32,000 nucleotides of DNA from Allobaculum fili (GTDB taxonomy: Bacteria; Bacillota_I; Bacilli_A; Erysipelotrichales; Erysipelotrichaceae): assembly GCF_020969955.1 (NCBI RefSeq), contig NZ_JAHDSX010000021.1, positions 1-32,000 on the forward strand. The letters run 5' to 3'. The notes below the pieces were generated by a model, which was not told where the DNA came from, made no database searches, and was given only the letters and a program-made list of their open reading frames with translations. Each line of letters begins with the position of its first letter. The first letter of the stretch is position 1. Made by a program: the position numbers and the translations under genes. This document shows positions 1 through 8,363 of the stretch, piece after piece.

Positions 1-2
1 TT

Positions 3-242
3 ACGTTCAGACTTCTGAACCTGTTCGACGAAAAAGGCCTCCTTGAGGACATGAGCTATAAAAAAATCATGCACATCCTGCAAAGAGGCAAAAGAATAAA
101 AAATGATAATGAGTGGGAACTGATCAAAATGAATCCAAGCCAGATTGCAATTCTTCAAAAACTTGATCTGATTCCACGACCAGATTCGGTAGATAAACCC
201 AAAAGGAAACGTGGTCGTCCACGCAAAAATCCGACCGTATAG
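3..242 (+). CDS. hypothetical protein, 3' end of a CDS open to the window edge; basic AT-hook-like C-terminal tail
   Basis: Frame 3 has no stop from nt 3 (TFRLLNLFDEKGLLED precedes the first Met at 51). Stop is TAG at 240-242. The tail KPKRKRGRPRKNP contains the GRP core typical of AT-hook DNA binders. No family recognised. Confidence 0.4.
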   Translation, partial: TFRLLNLFDEKGLLEDMSYKKIMHILQRGKRIKNDNEWELIKMNPSQIAILQKLDLIPRPDSVDKPKRKRGRPRKNPTV

Positions 243-446
243 TTTAGCTGATTGGGAAAGTTCTAATTAATGACAATTTTACATTTTTTATCCAATATGA
301 ATATTCTTTCATAGTATTCGAATTATGCCGCGGTTGTCATTTCGTATTTTAACTGCCGTTTATCTCAAAAAGATATACCTTTCGACTGAGTTGTTGCTTT
401 CTAAGGAAAATGCAATAATGATACGGAATTTGCGATTCAAAAAAGA

Positions 447-533
447 TCAGAGAGATTCAAATCGAACCATCCATTCGGTCAGAAAAATATCTTACCCTTC
501 TCAGGTTATGGTTCACTGACTTTTTCTCTCTGA
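447..533. other. long imperfect hairpin in an AT-rich intergenic region
   Basis: TCAGAGAGA (447-455) pairs with TCTCTCTGA (525-533). A nested pair is GAACCAT (464-470) with ATGGTTC (508-514). On the minus strand the structure is followed by TCTTTTTTG. Confidence 0.4.
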
Positions 534-572
534 ATTCTTCCAGCTATTCATCCAGGAAAGATGATCCGCTTT

Positions 573-601
573 TTGTAACGTCATCTGGATACCTATATAA
601 A
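573..601 (+). promoter_or_regulatory. candidate sigma-70-type promoter for the 662..1639 gene
   Basis: TTGTAA (573-578), 17-nt spacer, TATAAA (596-601), about 60 nt upstream of the ATG at 662. Confidence 0.3.
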
Positions 602-661
602 AAGGAGGGGCGCAATTCCTTTGATGTCCTGTTTTGACATCGGTATCCTTGCGCCATTCGT

Positions 662-1639
662 ATGACTACTGATGAGAAAAATTTCGGAGCCCATACTCCA
701 TCTGACATGCCTGAACTTCCAAAAACACCAGATTCGGATCCGGCTTTGAACCATCAGAATCTGGAGGAAGCTTCCGCTCCTTCAAAATCCAGTCTGGCGG
801 AAACCGAAAAATCAGCTTCCGATCCAGAACAGCCGCTTACAGCTCAAACGACAGACACGGCACAGGCAGCGGGTACGGGCCAGGCGGAGGATTCGGATCA
901 GACAATGACTCCCGCATCCGGCGAAAAGAAGGCTGGTTTCTGGAAAACGAAAAAGCATTCGGATGAACCTGTAAAAAGTCAGGAAAAGGATCTGCCTGCT
1001 AAAGACGAAAGAAAAGAAAAAAAGTATCCGAAAAAAGCCGAGGAAACCAGTGCGCCGAAAATCCGACCAGAGAAAAAGAAAGACAAGCCAAAGAAAGCGG
1101 GCGACAAGCCAAAAAAGAACGGCTCGGATGAAGAAAGCTTCGCCGACGTGTTCAAACGTCACTACGCAATGACAAAAGACGAAAATTCTTCCCATCGTAA
1201 AAAGATGATCGCTTCCTTCATCATTCTTGGCGTTCTCTGCGTCCTTCTCATCGCTTCCCTGATCGCAATTCCTGTCCTGGGTGTGAATCTGTATACGCTT
1301 CAGGAAGAAAAGGCCAGCCTGCAAGGTGAACTTGCTTCCGTACAGAGCGATCTCTCGGACGCGAACAGCCGTAACGAAGAACTCGAATTTGGCCCAGCAC
1401 GTCTTCTTCTCGATGCCAAAGCTCTGATGGGAGAAGAAAACTACGAAGAAGCCAAAAACACGCTGGAAGATCTGATCGAACAAAATCCGTCGACAGCGGA
1501 AGCAGAAGAAGCTCAGGATCTGATCGAAGAATGCGACGACCGTATTCAGGAACGAGAGGACAGCCTCAGCCGTCAGTCTTCCGAGCGCCAGTCCGAACAG
1601 AGTGAAGTTGGCTGTCCACTCAACGCAGTCGACGACTGA
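662..1639 (+). CDS. single-pass membrane protein with a disordered Lys/Glu/Pro-rich N-terminus and coiled-coil/helical C-terminal part; function unknown
   Basis: 325-aa ORF with one clear hydrophobic helix (MIASFIILGVLCVLLIASLIAIPVLGV). A heptad-like segment follows (LQEEKASLQGELASVQSDLSDANSRNEEL). A bidirectional terminator lies downstream. No obvious SD before the ATG. Confidence 0.65.
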   Translation: MTTDEKNFGAHTPSDMPELPKTPDSDPALNHQNLEEASAPSKSSLAETEKSASDPEQPLTAQTTDTAQAAGTGQAEDSDQTMTPASGEKKAGFWKTKKHSDEPVKSQEKDLPAKDERKEKKYPKKAEETSAPKIRPEKKKDKPKKAGDKPKKNGSDEESFADVFKRHYAMTKDENSSHRKKMIASFIILGVLCVLLIASLIAIPVLGVNLYTLQEEKASLQGELASVQSDLSDANSRNEELEFGPARLLLDAKALMGEENYEEAKNTLEDLIEQNPSTAEAEEAQDLIEECDDRIQEREDSLSRQSSERQSEQSEVGCPLNAVDD

Positions 1640-1703
1640 TCGAGCCTGACAGCTGGTTTTCGATAATCAAAATAGAAGCGGAACATTGATAAAAACAATA
1701 AAA

Positions 1704-1755
1704 ACAGATTCAGATATGTCCATGCACCTGCAGGACGATCTGAATCTGTTTTTTC
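1704..1755. terminator. bidirectional intrinsic terminator between convergent genes
   Basis: ACAGATTCAGAT (1704-1715) pairs with ATCTGAATCTGT (1738-1749). It is flanked by an A-run upstream and a T-run downstream, and sits between the stops at 1639 and 1758. Confidence 0.8.
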
Positions 1756-1757
1756 GT

Positions 1758-2165
1758 TTATCGATTATTTTTTAAAGGATCCGCAAAAAGCGCTCGGCGA
1801 TCGGCCTCTTCTAACATCTTTGTATCCGAGGGACAGAAGGTGTACTGATCAATTTCGTCCGGAGTGATCCAGGCGAAGGCCGGATGTTCCTTGCGTTCGA
1901 GCTGACCGCCAGTCTGTCTGCACTGAAAAAAGTGAAGATGAAGATTTCGATCTTCCAGACAGACGTCTGAAAATGGCCTGAGATCGCCGATCTGAATGCC
2001 CAGTTCTTCCTGGCACTCCCGCTTCAGGCAGTCTTCCAGACTCTCGCCCGGTTCCTGTTTGCCGCCGGGAAACTCCCATAAGCCGCCGCAGCTTTTATCG
2101 TCTGGTCTCTGGCAGATCAGAATTTTTCCATCTCTATGCAGGATAGCCGCCGTTACTTCAATCAT
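1758..2165 (-). CDS. mutT: Nudix hydrolase, MutT/NudG-type (deoxy)nucleoside-triphosphate pyrophosphohydrolase
   Basis: 135 aa with a complete Nudix box (GGLWEFPGGKQEPGESLEDCLKRECQEELGI). Size and N-terminus (MIEVTAAILHRDGKILICQR) match the small MutT/NudG class. Confidence 0.9.
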   Translation of the reverse strand: MIEVTAAILHRDGKILICQRPDDKSCGGLWEFPGGKQEPGESLEDCLKRECQEELGIQIGDLRPFSDVCLEDRNLHLHFFQCRQTGGQLERKEHPAFAWITPDEIDQYTFCPSDTKMLEEADRRALFADPLKNNR

Positions 2166-2365
2166 ATTTCATCTCTCCTGTCTCTCTGGCCACTTTCAAA
2201 GACATCCCTGTAGCATTGTCGATTGCAGGGATCAGACAGGCTCATCCTATCATGATTTTTCGGACTCCACAGAATTGCCTGGTAGTAAATCCTTGCTAGC
2301 TGCTTTTCCTGCACAATTAATGACGTATCCGTTGAATTTGGATGCACAGCTGCTAACCTGGAATC

Positions 2366-5300
2366 ATGAATCAATTCAACTTGCTTAAAGCCGGGATGGA
2401 GAATGCTTTTCTGGATGCCAAATGCAAGGCGAATCCAGATCTTGTCCCTTCCCTGCTTACCAATAATCCCAAAAAAGGACAGAAGGTATTCCTGGCGCTG
2501 GAAGCGGAACTTCAACGCTGTCAGGAATTCTGTTTCTCCGTAGCCTTTATTACCGAAAGCGGCCTGCAGCTGTTCAAGCCCGTTTTGCAGTATCTGGAAC
2601 AGAAAGGAATTCCTGGACGGATTCTAACGACAGACTACCTTGCCTTCAGCGATCCCAAAGCCCTGAACACGCTTCTGGATCTGAAAAACATAGAGCTTCG
2701 CATGTACTGCTGCCAGAAACAGGAAAATCCTTCCGATTCCGTTGGCTTTCATACCAAAGGCTACTTTTTTGAAGAAGACGATCAGTGCTGCATGATTATC
2801 GGCTCATCCAACCTGACCGATGCAGCGCTCTGCACGAATGAGGAGTGGAACACGCGCCTGATCACCTCCAGAAAAGGCAGCTTTTATACGGAGTGCATGA
2901 ATGCCTTTGAAAGCCTGTATACCAGTCCGCAGACCGTGCTTTACCGCGACTACGCCAGAGAGTACGAAGAAATCGTGCGGATTGCTTGCGCCAGCCATCC
3001 TTTCCAGCCGGTCCGTCAAGGGTTGAGTCATCCTTTTGATCTGCTTCCTGAGCCCAACGCCATGCAGGAAGATTTTGTCGAACGGCTTTCCGAGATGATT
3101 GAAGAGGGCAAGACGATAGCCTTGCTTGTTTCCGCTACCGGAACGGGAAAAACGTATGCGAGCGCCTTTGCGGTCCGCCAGCACCAGCCCGGCCGTGTCC
3201 TGTTTCTCGTCCATCGGGAAAAGATCGCTCGTCAGGCCATGGAGTCGTTTCGACGGGTTCTGGGCGATGAGGCGTATACGTATGGTTTGCTGAGCGGCAA
3301 TTCCCATGATGTAAATGCTTCCTGCCTGTTTTCTACCGTACAGACGATGTCGAAGCCGGGAACGTATATGCAGTTTGGAAAGCACGCCTTTGACTGGATC
3401 ATTGTCGATGAAGTTCATCATGCGGCGTCCAATACCTACCAGACGCTGTTTGAGTATTTCCGTCCAAAATTCTGGTTGGGCATGTCGGCCACACCGGAGC
3501 GAACCGACCGCAATAGCATTTATGAGCTGTTCGACTACAATGTCGCCTGCCGCATTACCCTGAGCGATGCGTTAGAACAAAACCTGCTCTGCCCGTTCCA
3601 TTATTATGCGCTGGACGATCTTTCCGTCTCTGCAGACTATTCGATCGATTCCATCGATCCTAGAGACTTTCAGAAGCTGAAGGAAGAAGAGCGGGTGAAG
3701 CATATTCTCGCCCAGGCTCGCTATTACGGCTGGAGCGGCGATCGTGTCAAAGGACTGATCTTTGTCAGTACGATCGAAGAAGCTGAAAAGCTCAGTCATG
3801 CCCTGAATGCCCAGGGCCTTCAGACGCTGGCTCTTTCCAGCCGTGACTATTCGGAAGCGGAACGCGACGAAGCGATCGAACGGCTTTGTCAGGATCGCTA
3901 CGATGAACATGCGCTCGATTATCTGATTACGGTCGGTATTTTCAATGAAGGCGTCGACATTCCGGAAGTGAATCAGGTCCTGCTTTTGCGCCCGACGCAG
4001 TCGGCGATTGTTTTCACGCAGCAGCTTGGCCGCGGCTTACGTAAATACAAAGGCAAGGAATTTGTGACCGTCCTCGATTTTGTCGGCCAATACAAGGAAA
4101 ACTATCTGATTCCTGCTGCACTTTCCGGAGACAAGACGGGCAATAAAGATATGCTTCGCCGTTTTGTCTATGAAGGAAATCGAGAAATTCCCGGGATCAG
4201 TTCGGTTCATTTTTCACCGATCGCGCGCTCGCGGATTTTGCAGTCGATCGACTTGGCCCACATGAATTCCGCCGCTAAACTGGCGGAAGGCTACTTCGAT
4301 CTGCGTCAGCAGCTCGGCCGGATCCCGCGCCTTGTGGATTTTGAACAGGCGCAGGGCATGGATCCTATGCTGATCTTCACCAATCCCACATATCGCTGCT
4401 ATCCTGAATTTACAAGCCGTATGGAAAAGGACCGCACTCTTTTAACGCAGTATTCCGATCTTGAACTTGGCTTTTTGCAGTTTGTCTCCCGGTACTGGGC
4501 CAATGGAAAGCGAGCGCTCGAACTCTGGCTGCTGGAAAGTCTGGTTCATCACCAAAAGGACTGGCTTGAACATTTTCTTGCGGTTCTCGATGAGTATGGC
4601 ATTCGGCTTAAAAAAGAAACCTGGAAAAATCTGAACCGTCAGTTTGAGATGAAGTGGCTGCTGCCGCAGACCCGAAACGATCTTCGTTCTAAAGGCATTG
4701 TCTTTCTTGAACGAAAGCCGTCGATTTCCGAAGAAGAAATTCTTATCCGACTCGTCAAAGCTGCTAGTCTTCCTCTGGAAGCACGCCAGGCTCTCTCCAG
4801 ACAAATCGAACACGACTTTGAAATTGCACCCTCTTTTCTTCAGGCGCTTACTCATCCCGACTTTTACGATCAGCTGACGGATCTCATGGAATTTAGTCTG
4901 CTTCGCTGGAAAAACAAATATAGTAAGACGACGGACGGCACATGGTTCGATCTGTATCAGTCCTATACATATGCGGATGTTTTCCGCTTGCTCGATCTTC
5001 CCGTCTTTGAAAATGCGCAGAACGTCGGCGGATACAAGCTCTTTAAAGAACAGAATCTTCTCCCCGTCTTTATCAACTACCAGAAAGCGGAAGATCTGGC
5101 TCAAAGCCTTCAGTACGAAGACCATTTTGAATCGCCTTCCCGTCTGATCGCGTTCTCCAAAAACCGAAGAACGCTCGCTTCACCGGAAATTCGATCGCTT
5201 CAAAGCGAACATCCGCCAATGGTTCTTCTCTTTTTGCGAAAAAGCAATGACGACACGACCAAGGCGTTTTATTTCCTCGGGGAAATGAAACCGGATGGCC

Positions 5301-5407
5301 TGTTTGAGCAGACTACGATGGCCAACGATGCATCTGTCGTTAAAATCGGCTATCGTCTGCTGACCCCCTTGCGCGAGGATCTGTACGATTACTTTGTCAA
5401 AAGCTGA
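2366..5407 (+). CDS. PLD-family nuclease / SF2 (ResIII-type) helicase / large C-terminal domain protein; SauUSI-like type IV (modification-dependent) restriction endonuclease candidate
   Basis: 1013 aa. N-terminal PLD motif GFHTKGYFF...IIGSSNLT. Helicase motifs are I SATGTGKT, II DEVHH, III SATPER and VI QQLGRGLR. A C-terminal region of about 370 aa has the position and size of the DUF3427 target-recognition domain. No methyltransferase nearby. Confidence 0.75.
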   Translation: MNQFNLLKAGMENAFLDAKCKANPDLVPSLLTNNPKKGQKVFLALEAELQRCQEFCFSVAFITESGLQLFKPVLQYLEQKGIPGRILTTDYLAFSDPKALNTLLDLKNIELRMYCCQKQENPSDSVGFHTKGYFFEEDDQCCMIIGSSNLTDAALCTNEEWNTRLITSRKGSFYTECMNAFESLYTSPQTVLYRDYAREYEEIVRIACASHPFQPVRQGLSHPFDLLPEPNAMQEDFVERLSEMIEEGKTIALLVSATGTGKTYASAFAVRQHQPGRVLFLVHREKIARQAMESFRRVLGDEAYTYGLLSGNSHDVNASCLFSTVQTMSKPGTYMQFGKHAFDWIIVDEVHHAASNTYQTLFEYFRPKFWLGMSATPERTDRNSIYELFDYNVACRITLSDALEQNLLCPFHYYALDDLSVSADYSIDSIDPRDFQKLKEEERVKHILAQARYYGWSGDRVKGLIFVSTIEEAEKLSHALNAQGLQTLALSSRDYSEAERDEAIERLCQDRYDEHALDYLITVGIFNEGVDIPEVNQVLLLRPTQSAIVFTQQLGRGLRKYKGKEFVTVLDFVGQYKENYLIPAALSGDKTGNKDMLRRFVYEGNREIPGISSVHFSPIARSRILQSIDLAHMNSAAKLAEGYFDLRQQLGRIPRLVDFEQAQGMDPMLIFTNPTYRCYPEFTSRMEKDRTLLTQYSDLELGFLQFVSRYWANGKRALELWLLESLVHHQKDWLEHFLAVLDEYGIRLKKETWKNLNRQFEMKWLLPQTRNDLRSKGIVFLERKPSISEEEILIRLVKAASLPLEARQALSRQIEHDFEIAPSFLQALTHPDFYDQLTDLMEFSLLRWKNKYSKTTDGTWFDLYQSYTYADVFRLLDLPVFENAQNVGGYKLFKEQNLLPVFINYQKAEDLAQSLQYEDHFESPSRLIAFSKNRRTLASPEIRSLQSEHPPMVLLFLRKSNDDTTKAFYFLGEMKPDGLFEQTTMANDASVVKIGYRLLTPLREDLYDYFVKS

Positions 5408-5464
5408 TCCTCTGGTTAACGTATTCGCTTACTGCCTCAAATCATTTTTCATTCCGTTGAAAAA

Positions 5465-5498
5465 GGACGGGATTCGGTTTATGCCGTTCCCGTCCTTT
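5465..5498. terminator. bidirectional intrinsic terminator (helicase-nuclease gene / pdxK convergent pair)
   Basis: GGACGGGA (5465-5472) pairs with TCCCGTCC (5488-5495). T-rich tails are present on both strands. Confidence 0.7.
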
Positions 5499-5575
5499 CA
5501 TTTGTATTGTTTGTCTGAACGGTATCCTGTTTTCATGAGCAAATGGAACCAGTCTGTTCGTTTTGTCCAATGCTT

Positions 5576-6400
5576 TTAAAGCTTAAGCAGCCGATCGAGG
5601 ACCAGCTCAAAAGGAACCCCTTCAAAAGGCGGTGTATTTTCCTTTTGCGCCTGTCGCAGACAGATTCGAACAAAATCGCCAGCCTGTCGGACACTCTCCC
5701 CGAGAGAGCTGCCCTGCATAAGCAGACCGGCTGTTACCGCCGAGAAGACATCGCCGGTTCCGGGACGTCCAGCTCCTTCCCTGGCTGAGATGATTGGATC
5801 AAACTGTCCCGTTTTAAAATCGCAGACATAGTCTTCAATTTTTCCATCGCGTTCAATGCCGGAAATCACGACCTGATCCGGTCCAAGACGATGGAGCGCT
5901 TCGGCCAGCGCATGAATCTGTTTGCGATCGGGATGCGAATGATACGATTTGCCGCAAAGCAGAAAGGCTTCACTGAGATTGGGAAGAATCAGATCCGCCC
6001 GTCGGACCAGATTTCGCATCGCTTCTACTACGTGTTCGTTCAGACCGGAATACAGCTGCCCGTCATCGGCCATGGCCGGATCGACAACAAGAAACGGTTT
6101 CTGCTCCTTAAACCGATCCAGAAACGTCTGAATCTTATCGGCCTGTTTTTCATTGGCGATATACCCGCTTAAAACGGCGTCAAAAGAGACGTTTGCGGCT
6201 TTCCAGGTTTCCATCCAGGGATCAAGATCTTCGCTCAGATCGCGCAGCGTATACGCCGGATAAGCCGTATGACAGGAAAGGATGGAAGTCGGCATGAGCA
6301 GGCATTCCATGCGCAGAACGCTTAAGATCGGCAGCCAGACCGCCAGAGAACTGCGTCCAAAGCCGGAAAGATCATTGATGAGTACGATTTTCTTTTGCAT
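5576..6400 (-). CDS. pdxK: pyridoxal/pyridoxamine kinase
   Basis: 274 aa. N-terminus KIVLINDLSGFGRSSLAVWLPILSVL...PTSILSCHTAYP and ribokinase-fold C-terminal GTGDVFSA are typical of Firmicute PdxK. Confidence 0.85.
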   Translation of the reverse strand: MQKKIVLINDLSGFGRSSLAVWLPILSVLRMECLLMPTSILSCHTAYPAYTLRDLSEDLDPWMETWKAANVSFDAVLSGYIANEKQADKIQTFLDRFKEQKPFLVVDPAMADDGQLYSGLNEHVVEAMRNLVRRADLILPNLSEAFLLCGKSYHSHPDRKQIHALAEALHRLGPDQVVISGIERDGKIEDYVCDFKTGQFDPIISAREGAGRPGTGDVFSAVTAGLLMQGSSLGESVRQAGDFVRICLRQAQKENTPPFEGVPFELVLDRLLKL

Positions 6401-6471
6401 GTTTTCCTTTCCTGCCGCAGCAGGCGGCAGCTATCAAATGCTCGTCTTTTAAACTTTTGGAACCGATGAAT

Positions 6472-7830
6472 TTACCTGCGGTTTTCTTCAAACCCGGCAT
6501 ACACGTCTGTCCAGGCATTTTTTCGAGCCGGCTGATCGAGAGAAAGCTGCTGCAGATGCTGCGCCTGTTTAAGCCCGTCTTTCATAAAGCTGGAAAAGTC
6601 TTTCCGAACTCGGCTGGCGAGCAGTTCGCTTTTCGGATTTTGGATTTTTAATTTCTGATGGCGCAGACACGCGACCGCCTGTTCCTGATTCAGCCGTTCA
6701 AAGAACACTTCCATATCCGACAGGAACGTATCGAGCTCTTCCAAAGCCGAACTGCCTGTATCCACGTCATACAGAATTCTGGCCTGATCGAGCGGCAGAA
6801 CGCAGGAGTTCTTAAAATTCTGAATAGCGTAAATCTGATCTTTCATCGACAGCGAGAAATCGTCGAGACAGGCAAGAAAAACCAGAAACAGATGACAGAA
6901 ATACGCATCGTCGGCACTGATGCCAGAAAGTTCGTACGGATTAAGATCGATCATGCGCAGTTCAATATGGCTGGCGCCAAGACTATTGAGCGCGTCGAGC
7001 GAATACGCTGAAGCCGGCTTAATGCGGACGGGATAATACAGTTCCCGCGGCGCCTTGAGCAGACCTTCTTCTACGTAATGCTCGATGGAAGACGTATAGC
7101 TTTGCATATCGGTGTAGTCAAACCACGGCGTAAAGAAATTCCAAAAGCCGTGGATGGAATTGCGCATGGAACTGAATCCAAAATAAAGCGGCTGGCCGCA
7201 CGCAGATTCGTTCATCAGCGAACCATCAAAAACCGGCGACGCATTGAGCAGGGCATCAATGATCCATCCGTACCAGACCGCTTTCTGCGCCAGATCGAGA
7301 TAAAACGCGTTGCGAAAAGACTTGTAGGAGTCAATTTCATGTCTTGTACCGGAATTGTGCTCAGAGTAGAGCGTGTATTCCCGTTTGAGCAGCGCGTCGG
7401 AAAACGAAAAATTGTAATGAATGCCGGAAAACAGCATTTTCATTTTTCCATAGCGGTCCGCCAGATAATGACGATATTCCGTCGAAGAAGACAGGCCGCT
7501 TTGCAGCATCGGTATGTCTTCCATCGAGGAAATCATCGGCGGGTTGGAAAACGGCCAGAGCGTCTCGCCCTGTTTGGCCAGAATGTTTTGCATGAGAACG
7601 GTCAGTTCTTCACATTCCCTGCGTGCGCTCTGCCAGTCCGGATAGACCGCGGTATTGATCTCTGTCTGGTTTTCCGCAAAGTCCTGCACAATTTTCGAGT
7701 GGGAAAACGGATGCAGGCTCTGTGCCATTTTTCCAGTTTTCGACTCGATTCGAAGACTTTCCTTTTCCAGACCGAACCCGCCCTCAAACAGATGGGATCG
7801 GACCTCTGCATCCTGCAGATGAATCTTCAT
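6472..7830 (-). CDS. gshA: glutamate--cysteine ligase (stand-alone, resembles the N-terminal half of bifunctional GshF/GshAB)
   Basis: 452 aa. FGLEKESLRI...HPF...DFAENQTEINT...LWPFSNPP matches the gamma-glutamylcysteine synthetase signature of Gram-positive GshA/GshF. No ATP-grasp (GshB) extension. Confidence 0.8.
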   Translation of the reverse strand: MKIHLQDAEVRSHLFEGGFGLEKESLRIESKTGKMAQSLHPFSHSKIVQDFAENQTEINTAVYPDWQSARRECEELTVLMQNILAKQGETLWPFSNPPMISSMEDIPMLQSGLSSSTEYRHYLADRYGKMKMLFSGIHYNFSFSDALLKREYTLYSEHNSGTRHEIDSYKSFRNAFYLDLAQKAVWYGWIIDALLNASPVFDGSLMNESACGQPLYFGFSSMRNSIHGFWNFFTPWFDYTDMQSYTSSIEHYVEEGLLKAPRELYYPVRIKPASAYSLDALNSLGASHIELRMIDLNPYELSGISADDAYFCHLFLVFLACLDDFSLSMKDQIYAIQNFKNSCVLPLDQARILYDVDTGSSALEELDTFLSDMEVFFERLNQEQAVACLRHQKLKIQNPKSELLASRVRKDFSSFMKDGLKQAQHLQQLSLDQPARKNAWTDVYAGFEENRR

Positions 7831-7934
7831 AAAACTCCCCCTTTAAATCGAAGAATATCACACTCTACCGCCCTGAACTGGGCGGTGTTAAAAGATCGAA
7901 AACAGATCTACGGGTCAAACTCTCGATTTCCGTA

Positions 7935-7970
7935 TGAAACAGAAAAAGGAAGAAGTTGCTTCCCTCTTCC
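7935..7970 (-). terminator. intrinsic terminator after the cyclophilin-like gene
   Basis: On the minus strand, AGGAAGA, an 11-nt loop and TCTTCCT are followed by TTTTTCTGTTT. The hairpin starts 4 nt after the stop at 7974. Confidence 0.7.
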
Positions 7971-7973
7971 TCT

Positions 7974-8324
7974 TTAGTAGATTTCTTCAATTTTAACAGG
8001 ACCATGCAGATTGCGGACCGCTCCCTGCCCGGCAACTGGCATGCCGATTTCATACAGGTTTTCATACTGGGAATAGCCGCCGTAGTAGAGAATTACTTCG
8101 TTCCACGGTTCATGGTAGCAGAGGCCTTCAATGCCGCCCGGCGCAATAGGAGCGCCGAATGTGGAGAGTTTTTTAGGCGGAACAAAGGACATCTCCGAAG
8201 AACCGATTTGATTGAGAATTACCGTCAGCGGAAGCATGCGTTCGAGGGCATGACCAAGCTCGCTGTCATGGATTTCATAGGTGACGTCATTTCCATAGCT
8301 GTCTGAAAACTTGAATTTCATCAT
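7974..8324 (-). CDS. small cyclophilin-like-fold protein (uncharacterised family)
   Basis: 116 aa with a good SD (AAAGGATGATTA ATG). The sequence pattern (...LPLTV...E...P....L...G...PG...YHEPWNEVILYYG...) resembles proteins annotated as cyclophilin-like fold. Assignment is from memory only. Confidence 0.55.
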   Translation of the reverse strand: MMKFKFSDSYGNDVTYEIHDSELGHALERMLPLTVILNQIGSSEMSFVPPKKLSTFGAPIAPGGIEGLCYHEPWNEVILYYGGYSQYENLYEIGMPVAGQGAVRNLHGPVKIEEIY

Positions 8325-8363
8325 TAATCATCCTTTTCATTTTAAAGTCATGGACTTGTTTTC

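Noticed and set aside
624-665. 13-codon upstream ORF (MSCFDIGILAPFV) whose TGA overlaps the ATG of the 662 gene (ATGA), downstream of a perfect AAGGAGG
   Set aside because: The SD-to-ATG spacing is 15 nt (12 nt to an alternative TTG), which is too long. The best promoter candidate has its -10 element at 596-601, so the SD would lie at or before the transcript start.
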